Positions 12,660-26,755 of a stretch of DNA of 64,000 nt are shown here, one piece after another. The translations under genes were made by a program, and so were the position numbers. The notes beneath the pieces are model-generated. The model made no database searches, was not told the DNA's origin, and saw only the letters and a list, made by a program, of their open reading frames with translations. The first letter of the stretch is position 1; each line of letters begins with the position of its first letter. Origin of the DNA: Eledone cirrhosa (Eukaryota); contig OZ024746.1 in the NCBI GenBank assembly GCA_964016885.1, positions 48,980,001-49,044,000 of the forward strand, written 5' to 3'.

Positions 12660-15651
12660 TATACTACTGTACGTCTGTATACATATATGTATGTACGTGT
12701 ACATACTTATATTTAAGTAACAGCTGTACTAAGAGTGGGAAATGAAATTTCGTTTCATTTTTTCCGTTTATCGTTTTCGGTGCACCCGGCCGATTAACCC
12801 ACTCGATATGCAAATTGGACTACTTAGCCGTTAATATGCATAAGGTAAGTATATACGTTCAACAATCTTGCAGGAAGGTATACATTGCTGCCGATAGCAA
12901 ATAAGCGTGAAATTAGTACAGCGTTCCTTTGTCAGTGTTGAACAAACGAGTAACGATGGTTGCTAGTCACTACGGCTTAATACGGGATGTTTCTTTACAG
13001 ACACACCGAGCATTATAATAAATGTTCGGTGAATCCATACGTACATATATATATGTGTGCATGTATGTATATATATATACATACTACTGTACGTCTGTAT
13101 ACATATATGTATGTACGTGTACATACTTATATTTAAGTAACAGCCGTACTAAGAGTGGGAAATGAAATTTCGTTTAATTTTTTCCGTTTATTGTTTTCGG
13201 TGCACCCGGATTAATACGGGATGTTTGTTTACAAACACACCGAGCGTTATAATAAATGTTCGGTGAATCCATACGTACATATATATATGTGTGCATGTAT
13301 GTATATATATATATACATACTAGTGTACGTCTGTATATATATATGTATGTACGTCTACATACTTATATTTAAGTATCAGCCGTAGGAAGAGTGAGAAATG
13401 AAATTTCGTTTCATTTTTTCCGTTTATCGTTTTCGGTGCAACCGGCCGATTAACCCACTCGATATGCAAATTGGGCTACTCAGCCGTTAATATGCATAAG
13501 GTAAGTATATACGTTCAACAATCTGGCAGGAATGTATACGTTGCTGACGATAGCTCGTAAGCTTGAAACTAGTACTGCGTTCCTTTGTCAGTGTTGAACA
13601 AACGAGCAACGATGGTTGCTAGACACTACGGGATAATACGGGATGTTTGTTTACAAACAGACCGAGCATTATAATAAATGTTCGGGTAATCCATACGTAC
13701 ATATATATATGTGTGCATGTATGCATATATATATATATACATACTACTGTAAGTCTGTATACATATATGTATGCACGTGTACATACTTATATTTAAGTAA
13801 CAGCCGTACTAAGAGTGGGAAAATACATTTCGTTTCATCTTTTCCGGTATCGTTTTCGGTGCACCCGGCCGATTAACCCACTCGATATGCAAACTGGGCT
13901 GCTCAGCCGTTAATATGCATAAGGTAAGTATATACGTTAAACAATCTGGCAGCAAGGTATAAGTTGCTGGCGATAGCTTAAAAGCTTGAAACTAGTACAG
14001 CGTTCCTTTGTCAGTGTTGAACAAACGAGCAATGATGGTTGCTAGACGCTACGACATAATACGGGATGTTTGTTTACAAACACACCGAGCATTATAATAA
14101 ATGTTCGGTGAATCCATACGTACATATATATATGTGTGCATCTATGTATATATATATATATATATATATATACATACTACTGCACGTCTCTATACATATA
14201 TGTATGTACGTGTACATACTTATATTTAATAACAGCCGTACTAAGAGTGCGAAATGAAATTTCGTTTCATTTTTTCCGTTTATCGTTTTTGGTGCACCCG
14301 ACCGATTAACCCACTCGATATGCAAATTGGGCTGCTCAGCCGTTAATATGCATAAGGTAAGTATATACGTTCAACAATCTGGCAGGAAGGTATACGTTGC
14401 TGACGATAGCTAGTAAGCTTGAAACTAGTACAGCGTTCCTTTGTCAGTTATGAACAAACGAGCAACGATGGTTGCTAGACACAACGGCTTAATACGGGAT
14501 GTTTGTTTACATACACACCGAGCATTATAATAAATGTTCGGTGAATCCATACGTACATATCTATATGTGTGCATGTAAGTATATATATATACACACTACT
14601 GTACGTCTGTATACATATATGTATGTACGTGTGCATACTTATATTTAAGTAACAGCCGTACTAAGAGTGGGAAATGAAATTTTGTTTCATTTTTTCCGTT
14701 TATCGTTTTCGGTGCACCCGGCCGATTAACCCATTCGATATGCAAATTGGGCTACTCAGTCGTTAATATGCATAAGGTAAGTAAATACGTTCAACAATCT
14801 GGCAGGAAGATATACGTTGCTGACGATAGCTAGTAAGCTTGAAACTAGTACAGCGTTTCTTTGTCAGTGTTGAACAAACGAGCAACGATGGTTGCTAGAC
14901 ACTACGGGGTAATACGTGATGATTGTTTACAAACAGCCAGAGCATTATAATAAATGTTCGGGGAATCCAAACGTACATATATATATGTGTGCATGTATGC
15001 ATATATATATACATACTACTGTTAGTCTGTATACATCTATGTATGTACGTGAACCTACTTATATTTAAGTAACAGCCGTACTAAGAGTGGGAAATGAAAT
15101 TTCGTTTCATCTTTTCCGGTATCGTTTTCGGTGTACCCGTCCGATTAACCCACTCGATATGCAAATTGGGCTACTCAGCCGTTAATATGCATAAGGTAAG
15201 TATATAAGTTCAACAATCTGGCAGGAAGGTATACGATGCTGACGATAGCTAATAAGCTTGAAACTAGTACAGCGTTCCTTTGTCAGTGTTGAACAAACGA
15301 GCAATGATGGTTGCTGGACACTACGGCTTAATACGGGATGTTTGTTTACAAACACACCGAGCATTATAATAAATGTTCGGTGAATCCATACGTACATATA
15401 TATATGTCTGCATGTATGTATATATATATACATACTACTGTACGTCTGCATACATATATGAATGTACGTGTAGATACATATATTTAAGTAACAGCCGTAC
15501 GATGAGTTGGAAATGAAATTTCGCTTCATTTTTGCCGTTTATCGTTTTCGGTGCACCCGGCCGATTAACCCACTCTATATGCAAATTGGGCTACTCACCG
15601 TTAATATGCATAAGGTAAGTATACACGTTCAACAATCTGGCAGGAAGGTAT

Positions 15652-15694
15652 ACGTTGCTGACGATAGCTAATAAGCTTGAAACTAGTACAGCGT
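15652..15694 (+). ncRNA. Representative intact minimal type I HHR of family A
   Basis: acgttg-CTGACGA-t agct aata agct t-GAAA-ctag-TA-cagcgt; palindromic stem III, GUA triplet. Confidence 0.9.
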
Positions 15695-16254
15695 TCCTTT
15701 GTCAGTGTTGATCAAACGAGCAACGATGGTTGCTAGACACTACGGGATAATACGGGATGTTTGTTTACAAACAGACCGAGCATTATAATAAATGTTCGGT
15801 GAATCCATACGTACATATATATATGTGTGCATGTATGCATATATATATATACATACTACTGTACGTCTGTATACATATATGTATGTACGTGTACATACTT
15901 ATATTTAAGTAACAGCCGTACTAAGAGTGGGAAAATACATTTCGTTTCATCTTTTCCGGTATCGTTTTCGGTGCACCCGGCCGATTAACCCACTCGATAT
16001 GCAAATTGGGCTGCTCAGCCGTTAATATGCATAAGGTAAGTATATACGTTAAACAATCTGGCAGCAAGGTATAGGTTGCTGGCGATAGCTTAAAAGCTTG
16101 AAACTAGTACAGCGTTCCTTTGTCAGTGTTGAACAAACGAGCAACGATGGTTGCTAGACGCTACGACATAATACGGGATGTTTGTTTACAAACACACCGA
16201 GCTTTATAATAAATGTTCGGTGAATCCATACGTACATATATATATGTGTGCATC

Positions 16255-16292
<38 letters not shown>

Positions 16293-17114
16293 CTACTGCA
16301 CGTCTCTATACATATATGTATGTACGTGTACATACTTATAATTAAGTAACAGCTGTACTAAGAGTGGGAAATGAAATTTCGTTTCATTTTTTCCGTTTAT
16401 CGTTTTCAGTGCACCCGGCCGATTAACCCACTGGACATCCAAATTTGGCTACTCAACCGTTAATATGCATAAGGTAAGTATACATGTTCAAAAATCTGGC
16501 AGGAAGGTATACGTTGCTGACGATAACTAATAAGCTTCAACCTAGTACAGCGTTCTTTTGTCAGTGTTGAACAAACGAGCAACGATTGTTGTTAGTCACT
16601 ACGGCTTAATACGGGATGTTTGTTTAGAAACACACTGAACATTATAATAAATGTTCTGTGAATCCATGCGTACATATATATTTATGTGTGTATGTATGTA
16701 TATATATATACATACTACTGTACGTTTGTATACATATATGTATGTACGTGTACATACTTATATTTAAGTAACAGCCTTACTAAGAGTGGGAAATGAAATT
16801 TCGTTTCATTTTTTTCGGTATCGTTTTCGGTGCACCCGGCCGATTAACCCACTCGATATGCAAATTGGGCTACTCAGCCGTTAATAAGCATTAGGTAAGT
16901 ATATACGTTCAACAAACTGGCAGGAAGGTATACGTTGCTGACGATAGCTAATAAGCTTGAAAGTTGTACAGCGTTCCTTTGTCAGTGTTGAACAAAACGA
17001 GCAACGATTGTTGCTAGACACTACGGCTCAATACGAGATGTTTGTTTACAAACACTCCGGGCATTATAATAAATGTTCGGTGAATCCATACGTACATATA
17101 TATATGTGTGCATG

Positions 17115-17178
<64 letters not shown>

Positions 17179-18122
17179 CTACTGTACGTCTGTATACATA
17201 TATGTATGTACGTGTACATACTTACATTTAAGTAACAGCCGTACTAAGAGTGGTAAATGAAATTTCGTTTCATTTTTCCGTTTATCGTTTTCGGTGTACC
17301 CGGCCGATTAATCCATTGGATATGCAAATTGGGCTACTCAGACGTTAATATGCATAAGATAAGTATACACGTTTAACAATCTGGCAGGAATGTATACGTT
17401 GCTGACGATAGCTAATAAGCTTGAAACTAGTACAGCGTTCCTTTGTCAGTGTTGAACAAACGAGCAACGATGGTTGCTAGACGCTACGGCTTAATACGGG
17501 ATGTTTGTTTACAAACACACCGAGCATTATAATAAATGTTCGGTGAATCCATACGTACATATATATGTGTACATGTATTTATATATATATATATATATTA
17601 CTGTACGTGTGTATACATATATGTATGTAGGTGTACATACTTATATTTAAGTAACAGCCGTACTAAGAGTGGGAAATGAAATTTCGTTTCATTTTTTGCG
17701 TTTATCGTTTTCGGTGCACCCGGCCGATTAACCCACTCGATATGCAAATTGGGCTACTCAGCCGTTAATATGCATAAGATAAATATATACGTTCAACAAT
17801 CTGGCAGGAAGGTATACGTTGCTGAAGATAGCTAATAAGCTTGAAACCAGTACAGCGTTCCTTTGTCAGTGTTGAACAAACGAGCAACGATGGTTGCTAG
17901 ACACTCCGGCATAATACGGGATTTTTGTTTACAAACACACCGAGCATTATAATAAATGTTCGATGAATCCATACGTACATATATATATGTTTGCATGTAT
18001 GTATATATATATATATACTACTGTACGTTTGTATACATATATGTATGTACGTGTACATACTTATATTTAAGTAACAGCCGTACTAAGAGTGGCAAATGAA
18101 ATTTCGATTCATTTTTTCCGTT

Positions 18123-18156
<34 letters not shown>

Positions 18157-18159
18157 TGA

Positions 18160-18480
18160 ATATATTTCTGACCAGGAATGCCTTTTGTGAAAATCAGTCA
18201 TATGGAACTATTGTCATCTTGCCTGACGGTTTGAACTTTACAAAACCACCTGCCTCTTTGAGGTCAAATACCAACCCTACTACCATCTACAAACTGACCA
18301 ATGAGAATCAAGACTATTCCTGCTGACAACATTAATTTATTCCTAAAAATCTCATGTGTCGCAAGGCTCTTAATCCATCAACACTATAAACACAGAGTTG
18401 GCATATTTAAGAACTGACTAACCGCCTGATGAGGTCATAGCCATTCAATGGCTATCATTGAAATATATATAGCAGTAAAT
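18160..18480 (+). mobile_element. Degenerate PLE 3' fragment with HHR (18421-18476)
   Basis: PDGLN motif typical of the PLE GIY-YIG C-terminus, followed by accgc-CTGATGA-g..atagcca/tggctat..GAAA-tatata-TA-gcagt. Confidence 0.6.
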
Positions 18481-18517
18481 AAAAGATTATGAGTTCATGC
18501 AATTGACTTATGTTTCG

Positions 18518-19437
<920 letters not shown>

Positions 19438-19757
19438 ATACTCTTAGTATTTTGATACTTTAGTTACCGATCTTCGGCCATGCGGGCAGTCTGCCTTGAA
19501 TGATTTTAGTCAATCATAACTAAGATGAGGAATATAAAGATGCAACAAATAAAAAACTATATTTTCTAGTGTTATGTATATATAAGCACAGGCACGTACA
19601 CATGTACACTCGCACATGCACTTGCACAAATACACACTCATATTCGAACAAGAACAACATTAACAACAAAGACTGTCACAATGGCAGTCCGAAAAGGTAT
19701 ATATATATATAGAGAGAGAGACAGAGATAGATAGATAGATAGGTAGATAGATAGATA

Positions 19758-20270
19758 ACTTTCTTTTTATTTGCCACCAGGGCATCAAAAGTGGGACTTT
19801 GGGGGGAGTTTACATAACAAGGCGTCCTCAATACGGAGGAGGCAATAACAAAGTATAAAAATAAAATACAATATAAAAAATAAATTTTATAACAAAATCC
19901 TCCATCGGGAGGAGGCGCCTTGGGGGGTCGCACACACACCCGAAAAAAAGTGTGCAACCCTCCTCCTCAGGAGCACAGAGAGGGGGTGCTCGCTTGATCT
20001 TTCCTCTACCTCACCTATAGTCTGATGTAGAGTGAAGGCCCATTCACACGGGCCATTCTCGCCACTTTCACCCATCTTTCATAAAAACGGCTGGGGTGCA
20101 GCACCTCTCACTTCATCCTGATCCTTCTTCCGAAATGATATCAGAAGAAACGGACCAGTTGTTGGCCAGAGAGAAATGTTTCAGACCTCAGTCCTTTCAG
20201 ACGCGACCACCATACAACCTCTTTCGTCATGGCTATTACGTACAGAAACACCGCCTCTCCTTCGTTTAAG
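19758..20270 (-). mobile_element. Tx1/L1-like LINE, 3' fragment
   Basis: EGEAVFLYVIAMTKEVVWWSRLKG matches ORF2 C-terminus; 3' end gtggcaaataaaaagaaa; flanked by (GATA)n. Confidence 0.85.
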
Positions 20271-20274
20271 TAGG

Positions 20275-20336
<62 letters not shown>

Positions 20337-20385
20337 GAGAGAGATAGAGAGAGATAGAGAGGGTGGAGAGAGAGAGATAGATATA

Positions 20386-20695
20386 TTTCTTTATTTGCCA
20401 CAAGTGCGCACAAGAAAAGGGGACAATACAAAGACACATGCCGGTGATTTTACATACGGGCGTGTAAAAAAACAAAAAAACAAAAAAAAACAATTATAAC
20501 AATCGAAATACCCAATAGGGGGGGGGGGGGGGCGCCACAAATGGGTTGTTTAATACCCCGTCGATAGAACAGCCCTCAACTTCAGGAGCGTGTTGTGCAA
20601 GTGCTATAACCCTACAGGCTTATAAACAGAGAAAGCCCAATCACTCGGGCCATTTTCGCTTCATTCACCCACCTTTCAGTAAATTTACTGGGGTG
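20386..20695 (-). mobile_element. Tx1/L1-like LINE, short 3' fragment
   Basis: Same 3' terminus (gtggcaaataaagaaa) and ORF2-end homology. Confidence 0.75.
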
Positions 20696-21044
20696 GGAAG
20701 AGATAGATAGATAGACAGATAGATAGAAATATATAGAGAGAGCAGGGGAGAAATAGATAGATAGATAGAGAGAAAGAGAGCTAGGGAGAGAAAGATAGAT
20801 AGATATGTTTCTTTATTAGCCACAGAGGCACAAAAGAAGGAGACACATACAAAGGGGGAAGTTTACATACAATAAAAACGTGTAAAATGTTATCACAAAT
20901 GCAATTTAAAAAGTTAGTCGATTTTCCCCAATAGGGGGAGACAGTTTATATGGGTAACACATACCCCCCAAAAAATGTGCAACCCTCATCTGCAGGAGTA
21001 CGAAGAGTTTGTACTCCTTTCCTCTCCTCCTCCTTTTCCTCAAC

Positions 21045-24000
21045 CTACAGGCTGATATAGAGAGAAGGCCCATTCACTCGGGCCATTCTCCCCACTTTCA
21101 TTCACCTTTCATAAAACTTGCTAGGGTACCGCACCTCTCTCTCCATCCTGATTCTTCGTCCAAAGTGGTATTTGAAAAAAGAATCAGTTGTTGGCCGGAG
21201 AGAAAGGTGTCTGACCTCAGCCCTTTCAACCTTGTCCACCATACAACCTCTTTCGCCATAGCTATCACACAAAGGAAAACCGCCTCTCCTTCGTTTTTGA
21301 AGGAGGGTGGCGGTTTGATCATGACAATGGACTCGGTGGTCAACCGGATTGGTCCCACCCGCGACAATAGTCGTTCTACATAGCCCCACAGGTCAGTGAC
21401 GCCCGGGCAGTGTATGAATGCGTGCGCGACGGTTTCTTCGTCTCGCACGCACCTCGGACAGATCTTTTTTGCAGGGTCCCTGCCCGGGCGCCCATGTCTG
21501 TAGAGCTTGTCTCGAACTGGTAGAGCTCCTCGGTAGCACTGCCAGGCCAGGGACTTTTGGAAGTTGTCCATCGGTCCCGGGCGGAAGATCCTACCGAACA
21601 GACTGGCCAGTTCATCTTCCTCTACGCCTAGAGTTTCACCGAGCGCGTCGTCGCACTTGCTGCGGATCAACCCTATATAGAATGACGAAGTGGAGTCTCC
21701 ACTGATCGCCGGGTCCGCCTGCCAGAGGGCTGTGAGCGCCCGAGCACATTCGATGTGCCAGTTGCCCATTTTCCTCGGTCTTTTCTTGACCCAGTACTGC
21801 AGTTCGGTCAGCGAGACGAGTCGTGGGAAGGCTCGCCTCACGAACGGGCCCCACACCCGTTGTCCGGTGAGGAATACGTAGAGATGCCGCAGCCAGAGCG
21901 CGTGTTTGCGCATCGTCAACCACGGCATCCCCAGCCCTCCGTTAGAAGGGTGTTGGCAGCAGATGGATCTTCTCACCAAAGGAGCCCGCCTCTTCCAAAG
22001 GAATTGGAAGAGCGCGCGCTCCATTTTGGCGAGCGTTTTGGCTAGACAAGGCACGACGGTCAAGCGGTAGTAGATGGCGGACGCTATAAAAGTGTTCGCC
22101 ACCTCCGCTCGACCTTTCAAGGATAGTTGCACTCGGCCCACTTCTAGGTGAGTGCAAACACCTTGGCCGTCACTTCGTTCCAGTTCTTCTCCACCTGGAG
22201 GTCCGGACCAAACCAGACACCGAGTAGCTTTACCGGTCCTTCCGTCCAGCGTCCGACGACGCCATCCGAAGGCATCGGTTTGCCTCTCCACGATCCGAGT
22301 TCCAAACCGATGGACTTGTCTCGGTTCAGCTTCGCTCCTGTGAAACTTTCGTATTCCTTCAGTAAGGTGCCGACTTCCTCGATTTGCGAGGAGCTCGACA
22401 CCATTACCGTTACGTCGTCGGCGTAGGCCGACGCCGCTTTCCGCAGTCCCGGTTCCAGTGGGATGCCCTGCAATAGCTCCAACTTCCGCAGTAGTGGCTC
22501 GAGAGTCAGTACGTACAGAAGGGAGGAGAGAGGGCATACCTCTCAAATGGATCGCGTAATATGGAACGGCTCCGAGAGGTAGCCGTTCACCTTGACCCTT
22601 GAGCAGATATTGCTGCTGTGCACTGCAGCAATCCAGCCCCTGAACACGGGTCCGAAGCCTGCCGCCTCGAGCACCGCATCCAGGTAACGATGGTCAACCC
22701 TATCGAAGGCCTTAGACTTATCCAAGTTCATCAGGGCCCCACCGAAGCCGGGTTTACACACTACCCTCTCTATGATGTATCGCATGAGGTGGAGGTTGTC
22801 GTGTATGGACCTGGTCGGGATTGCGCATGTCTGCGCTTCTCCCACCAGGTTCTCGACGACAAGCGCCTGCCTCTTTGCCAACACCTTGGCCAAAATCTGT
22901 AACTCTGTGTTTAGCAGAGTTATGGGCCGGAAGTTGCCTATGTCATCCCCCTTATTTTCGTCCTTCCTGACTAGTGTGACTACGCCCCCGGTTACAGAAC
23001 TGGGAATTCTCCCGTTCTGTTGCCAGTTGCAGTAGACCGCTTCCAGGAGACCGGAGAATAAGTCCGGCATTGCTACGTAAAATTCCTAGGGTAGACCGTA
23101 GAGACCTGGAGATTTGCGTTCTCCGCATTGGCTCAGCGCGTCCCCTATCTCAGCGGCTGAAATCGGCTTTTCGCAGGACTTTGCCACACTGTCCGAGAGT
23201 CGCGGTAGGCCGTCGAGGTATGGACCGAAATCCATAGCCCCTCCCGGCGCGCCGCCCCGCCCGAACAGTTGAGCAAAATGCCGCTGAAAGGCCGCACACA
23301 TCTGCTTCGGCTCACGTATCACTCGTTCGTTTTGGTCCTTCAAAGACCGAATCGTGGACCTGTTGCTTTGCCTCCGCAACTCGGGCCCAGCTAACAGCTT
23401 TGGCTCCCTCGTTTCCCAGAGCACGTATTTTGCTTCTGACAACGCAGCCCTCGTGCTTTGCATCGAAGAACTGGTCCAAGGCCGTTCTCGTTGCTAGCAC
23501 GCTAGCTACGTTGCCACTTCTAATTGCCTCTTCTACTTTATCTACCAGTACCTTCTAACGCTAATTCTTTACTAAAAATTAACGAGTCTAATCTAACTGC
23601 CCTCTTGAGAGAGTACCACCATCTGTTGTTGACAATGGGCCCTGTCAAGTGCTGTTTAACTAAAGTGCTAATCCGTCTACTGAAGGCTTTGCTTGTCGGT
23701 AACGACAAGTTCAGCTTCCAGTAGCCGGGTCCTTGTCTATGGGTTCTATCAAGGTTGGCCATGCAGGTCACTAGTTTGTGATCTGAATAGGCAACCATGA
23801 ACATTTGCGGACAGCTTAACATGTCTCTATCCTTATTTCTAACTAGAACCCTATCTAGGTACGATCTAGATGTTCCGCTATGATTAGTCCACGTCCACAG
23901 TGGCACAGTCGGAAAATCTAGTCGATATCTATCGGCCAGGTCAAATCGGTCGATTAACTGTTTGAGGCTGTTACACCCCCCTTTATCGGGACATGCTCCC

Positions 24001-24473
24001 ACATAGTCCCAACGTGCATCAAGGATTCCATTCCAGTCCCCCACTAAAAGCAAGGAGCGGGACGTTCCCAGAAAAGTCTCTAGACGTTTGAAGAAGTCTG
24101 GCCGCGGTGTCCTGGATGGGGCATATGCGGCCACCAGCCTGAAGGCTCCACCTTCACTACCGTCAACGTCTAGGACCACCAGTCGACCCCCCGGGTCCAG
24201 ATGTACTGTCTGTGTTACGAGGCCCAGGTGTTTCCGCATCAAAACGGCAACTCCACCCCCACCCCCCGGTTGACAGAGAGATGCGTAGATCTCAAAGTCA
24301 TCGAAGATGGGGGCCAGCTGTCGCTCGCTGTGGATCCTGGACTCGCAAATGGCTACCACATCCATACTGTGCGACCTGAGGTCGTTTAAGAGTTTGCCCT
24401 GTTTCCAGGGCATCCCCAGGCTACGTACGTTCACACATCCAACTCTTATATGGGTTGTGTTGGTGCTGAAACC
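21045..24473 (-). pseudogene. LINE ORF2 (APE endonuclease, RT, C-terminal Zn finger), frameshifted
   Basis: NVRSL, ICES, AYAP, GDWN, SYLDR, SDH; KSPG, NFRPITLLN, KAFDRV, AYADDV; CPRC..ETVAHAFIHC. Confidence 0.92.
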
Positions 24474-24491
24474 TTAAAAGAGGAAAAGAGA

Positions 24492-26430
24492 TCACTCACC
24501 CTTCGTCTCCTGGGGACCAGGCTTTACGATTTCCATGGGGGTGTTGGAGCGGTTGTCTGGGTGGGTGGTGGTGTCTTGCGGGGTGGGGACGGAGATGTTT
24601 GGTGGGGTGGGGTCTGGTGGGATGGGATGGCGGTGTCTGGCGTAGGGAGACATTTGAGAAGGACACGGTTAAGTGGTTTCACGCAGGAATTCCCCACATC
24701 CTTTTCAAATGTTTCTTTTAGGGACCTATAAGTTTGTATAGGGACCCTAATCAGTTTTAGGTTCAATTTTTTGTTATTTTTAATAGAGTGGGCGAAAGTT
24801 TTCCCTTCGGTTTTCACTGAAGGGTTGTTCGTGATGGTCTCCATTAGTGTTTTGTTTTCAGTGTTTATGTAAGTGTAAGTGTAATTTTCTTGTGTTGTGT
24901 TTGTTTTTGTCTGTAGTTCTTGTGTGTGCTTTCGTTTTGTTGTAGGTATTTTGTTTTCAGGAGGTGGGGGTTTTGTTTGTGATGTTTTTGTTGTTTGTGT
25001 TGGTAGTTGTATGTTTGTGGTAGTGTTTGCTGGTCTTTTGCTTTTGTGATGTCTTTTCTTTCTTTTCGAGCGATGGGGTTCTCCCTCGTCTTCACTGGGT
25101 GATGGCGAGAGAGCCTCATCTGTTGTATCGTCTGTGTGATTGGGGAGGGGTATGTCTTGGGGAGCTGTTGTGTCTGTGTGTGATTTTGCAGTGGTTTTAG
25201 GTGGAGTGGGGTTGGGTGGGACTGTGTTTGTTGTGGTTATTTTTGTGTGTTGGTGTTGTTGTTGTTGTGGTGGTGTTGGTGGTTGTGTTGTTTTGATGGG
25301 TGTCGGCAGAAGAGCCTTTTTTTGACTCATTAATTTAGGACAGGAAGCCCTCAGGTGACCCCCTGCTAAAGCAATGGTAACATGAAGGCCGCATACCCTC
25401 AACCGAAAAGTTTATGAAGGTGAGTCCGTCCAGGAGTACACGTTGTGGGATCATAGCTATCCGCTCTGGGCTCATTTGCACCAGAACTTCAACGCTAGTC
25501 CCATTGAATACATCTCTGGGCGACTTTCCTACTGACAGTATTCTGTCTTCATCAAAATTGATGAAGCCGCACAATATCCACCATATGTTCACCTTTGGTG
25601 TGACACTCGTGATTTTAATCTTTTGTGTCCTTTTTCCCATGTATGTAGGGAAAAATGTATACAGGTTGGATACAATTGGCGACACAGAGTAATTTTGGGC
25701 CGTCAATTGATCCTTCATGAGTACCGAAATACTCCCAAAGAGTTTGCTTCTTTGAATGAATGAAATATCATTCATTGAATTTTTGAAAACCAGTTCAATT
25801 TTTTCTGTGACAATTGGACTGGTTTTCGGGTAGAATTGGAAACTGTCCTAAAAACTATCGTTTTGAGAGCAGTTTCCTTGCGAATTTCTACCGGAGAATT
25901 GATGCTGAAAGCACCATTTTTTTCGAAAGTGACATATCTCCTAGCGTCCTTTAAAAGTTATTCGGCATTTGTTATGTCGAGATATGTCAGATTCTCCTTT
26001 TTCTGAACTGTCTGTGCAAAGGAGATTTTTGGTTTCTTTGTGGAATTATCCGTGTTGGTGGTGTTGTCATTATTGTTCTTATTGTTGTTGTTATTCTTGT
26101 TGTCACTGATGTTGATATTATTCGTATTTTCCTTGGTGTTGGTGTTGGTGTTGTTGTTGTCTTTGATGCTGTTGTTATTGGTGTTGTCTTTATTTTTTTC
26201 TTTGTTGTTGTTGTCATTGTTGTTTTTATCATCATTATTGGTGTTGTTGTTATTTTTGTTGTCATTGAACTGTTTGGTGTCAATTGTGTTGTTTGGATAT
26301 GAATTTGTTTTTACAATTTCATTTCGTCTTTCCATCTCCATAGTATCTAGGGAAGAAGACGATGTTGACTGCGAACTATGTAGTCTTTCCGACTCTCAAC
26401 CACCATTATCGTTGAACACAGCGTTCATAA
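24492..26430 (-). pseudogene. LINE ORF1 (gag-like), frameshifted
   Basis: Asn-rich N-terminus, KISFAQTV, CYHCFSRGHLRASC CCHC knuckle split by a frameshift, Pro/Thr-rich tail. Confidence 0.75.
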
Positions 26431-26755
26431 CGTAATCAAACTTCTTACGATATTTTTTCCAAAACTCGATGGACAAAAAATTTTTCGAACAAATATTTCG
26501 CCCCTGTAGGGGCGAAAATGAGTTGACCCACCACCTGAGGCTCCAGACGGGGGGTCAAGTTACACAATAATATAAAATTTAACTGAAAACTCACTTTTTT
26601 TTCTTACATAAAGTAACGGAAACTTCTCCGCGAAGGTACACACGTCTGGTAGAGAGAGAGATAGATATATAGACAGATAGATAGAAATAGAGAGAGCAGG
26701 GGAGAAATAGATAGATAGAGAGAAAGAGAGCTAGGGAGAGAAAGATAGATAGATA

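Larger units (their letters stand above)
8355..18125 (+). repeat. Tandem array of ~420-bp HHR-containing units (retrozyme-like family A), ~19 units
   Basis: HHR cores at ~420-bp spacing (e.g. 14400, 14820, 15239, 15658); 18 units carry the motif, one (~13080-13310) has it deleted; variable (TA)n in each unit. Confidence 0.92.
20806..26650 (-). mobile_element. Full-length Tx1/L1-like LINE (~5.85 kb), decayed
   Basis: 5' UTR, ORF1 with zinc knuckle, ORF2 APE-RT-Zn finger, 3' AATAAA, (GATA)n flanks. Confidence 0.92.

Noticed and set aside
8355-18125. CRISPR-like array
   Set aside because: No unique spacers or cas genes; units are full-length tandem copies separated only by variable (TA)n
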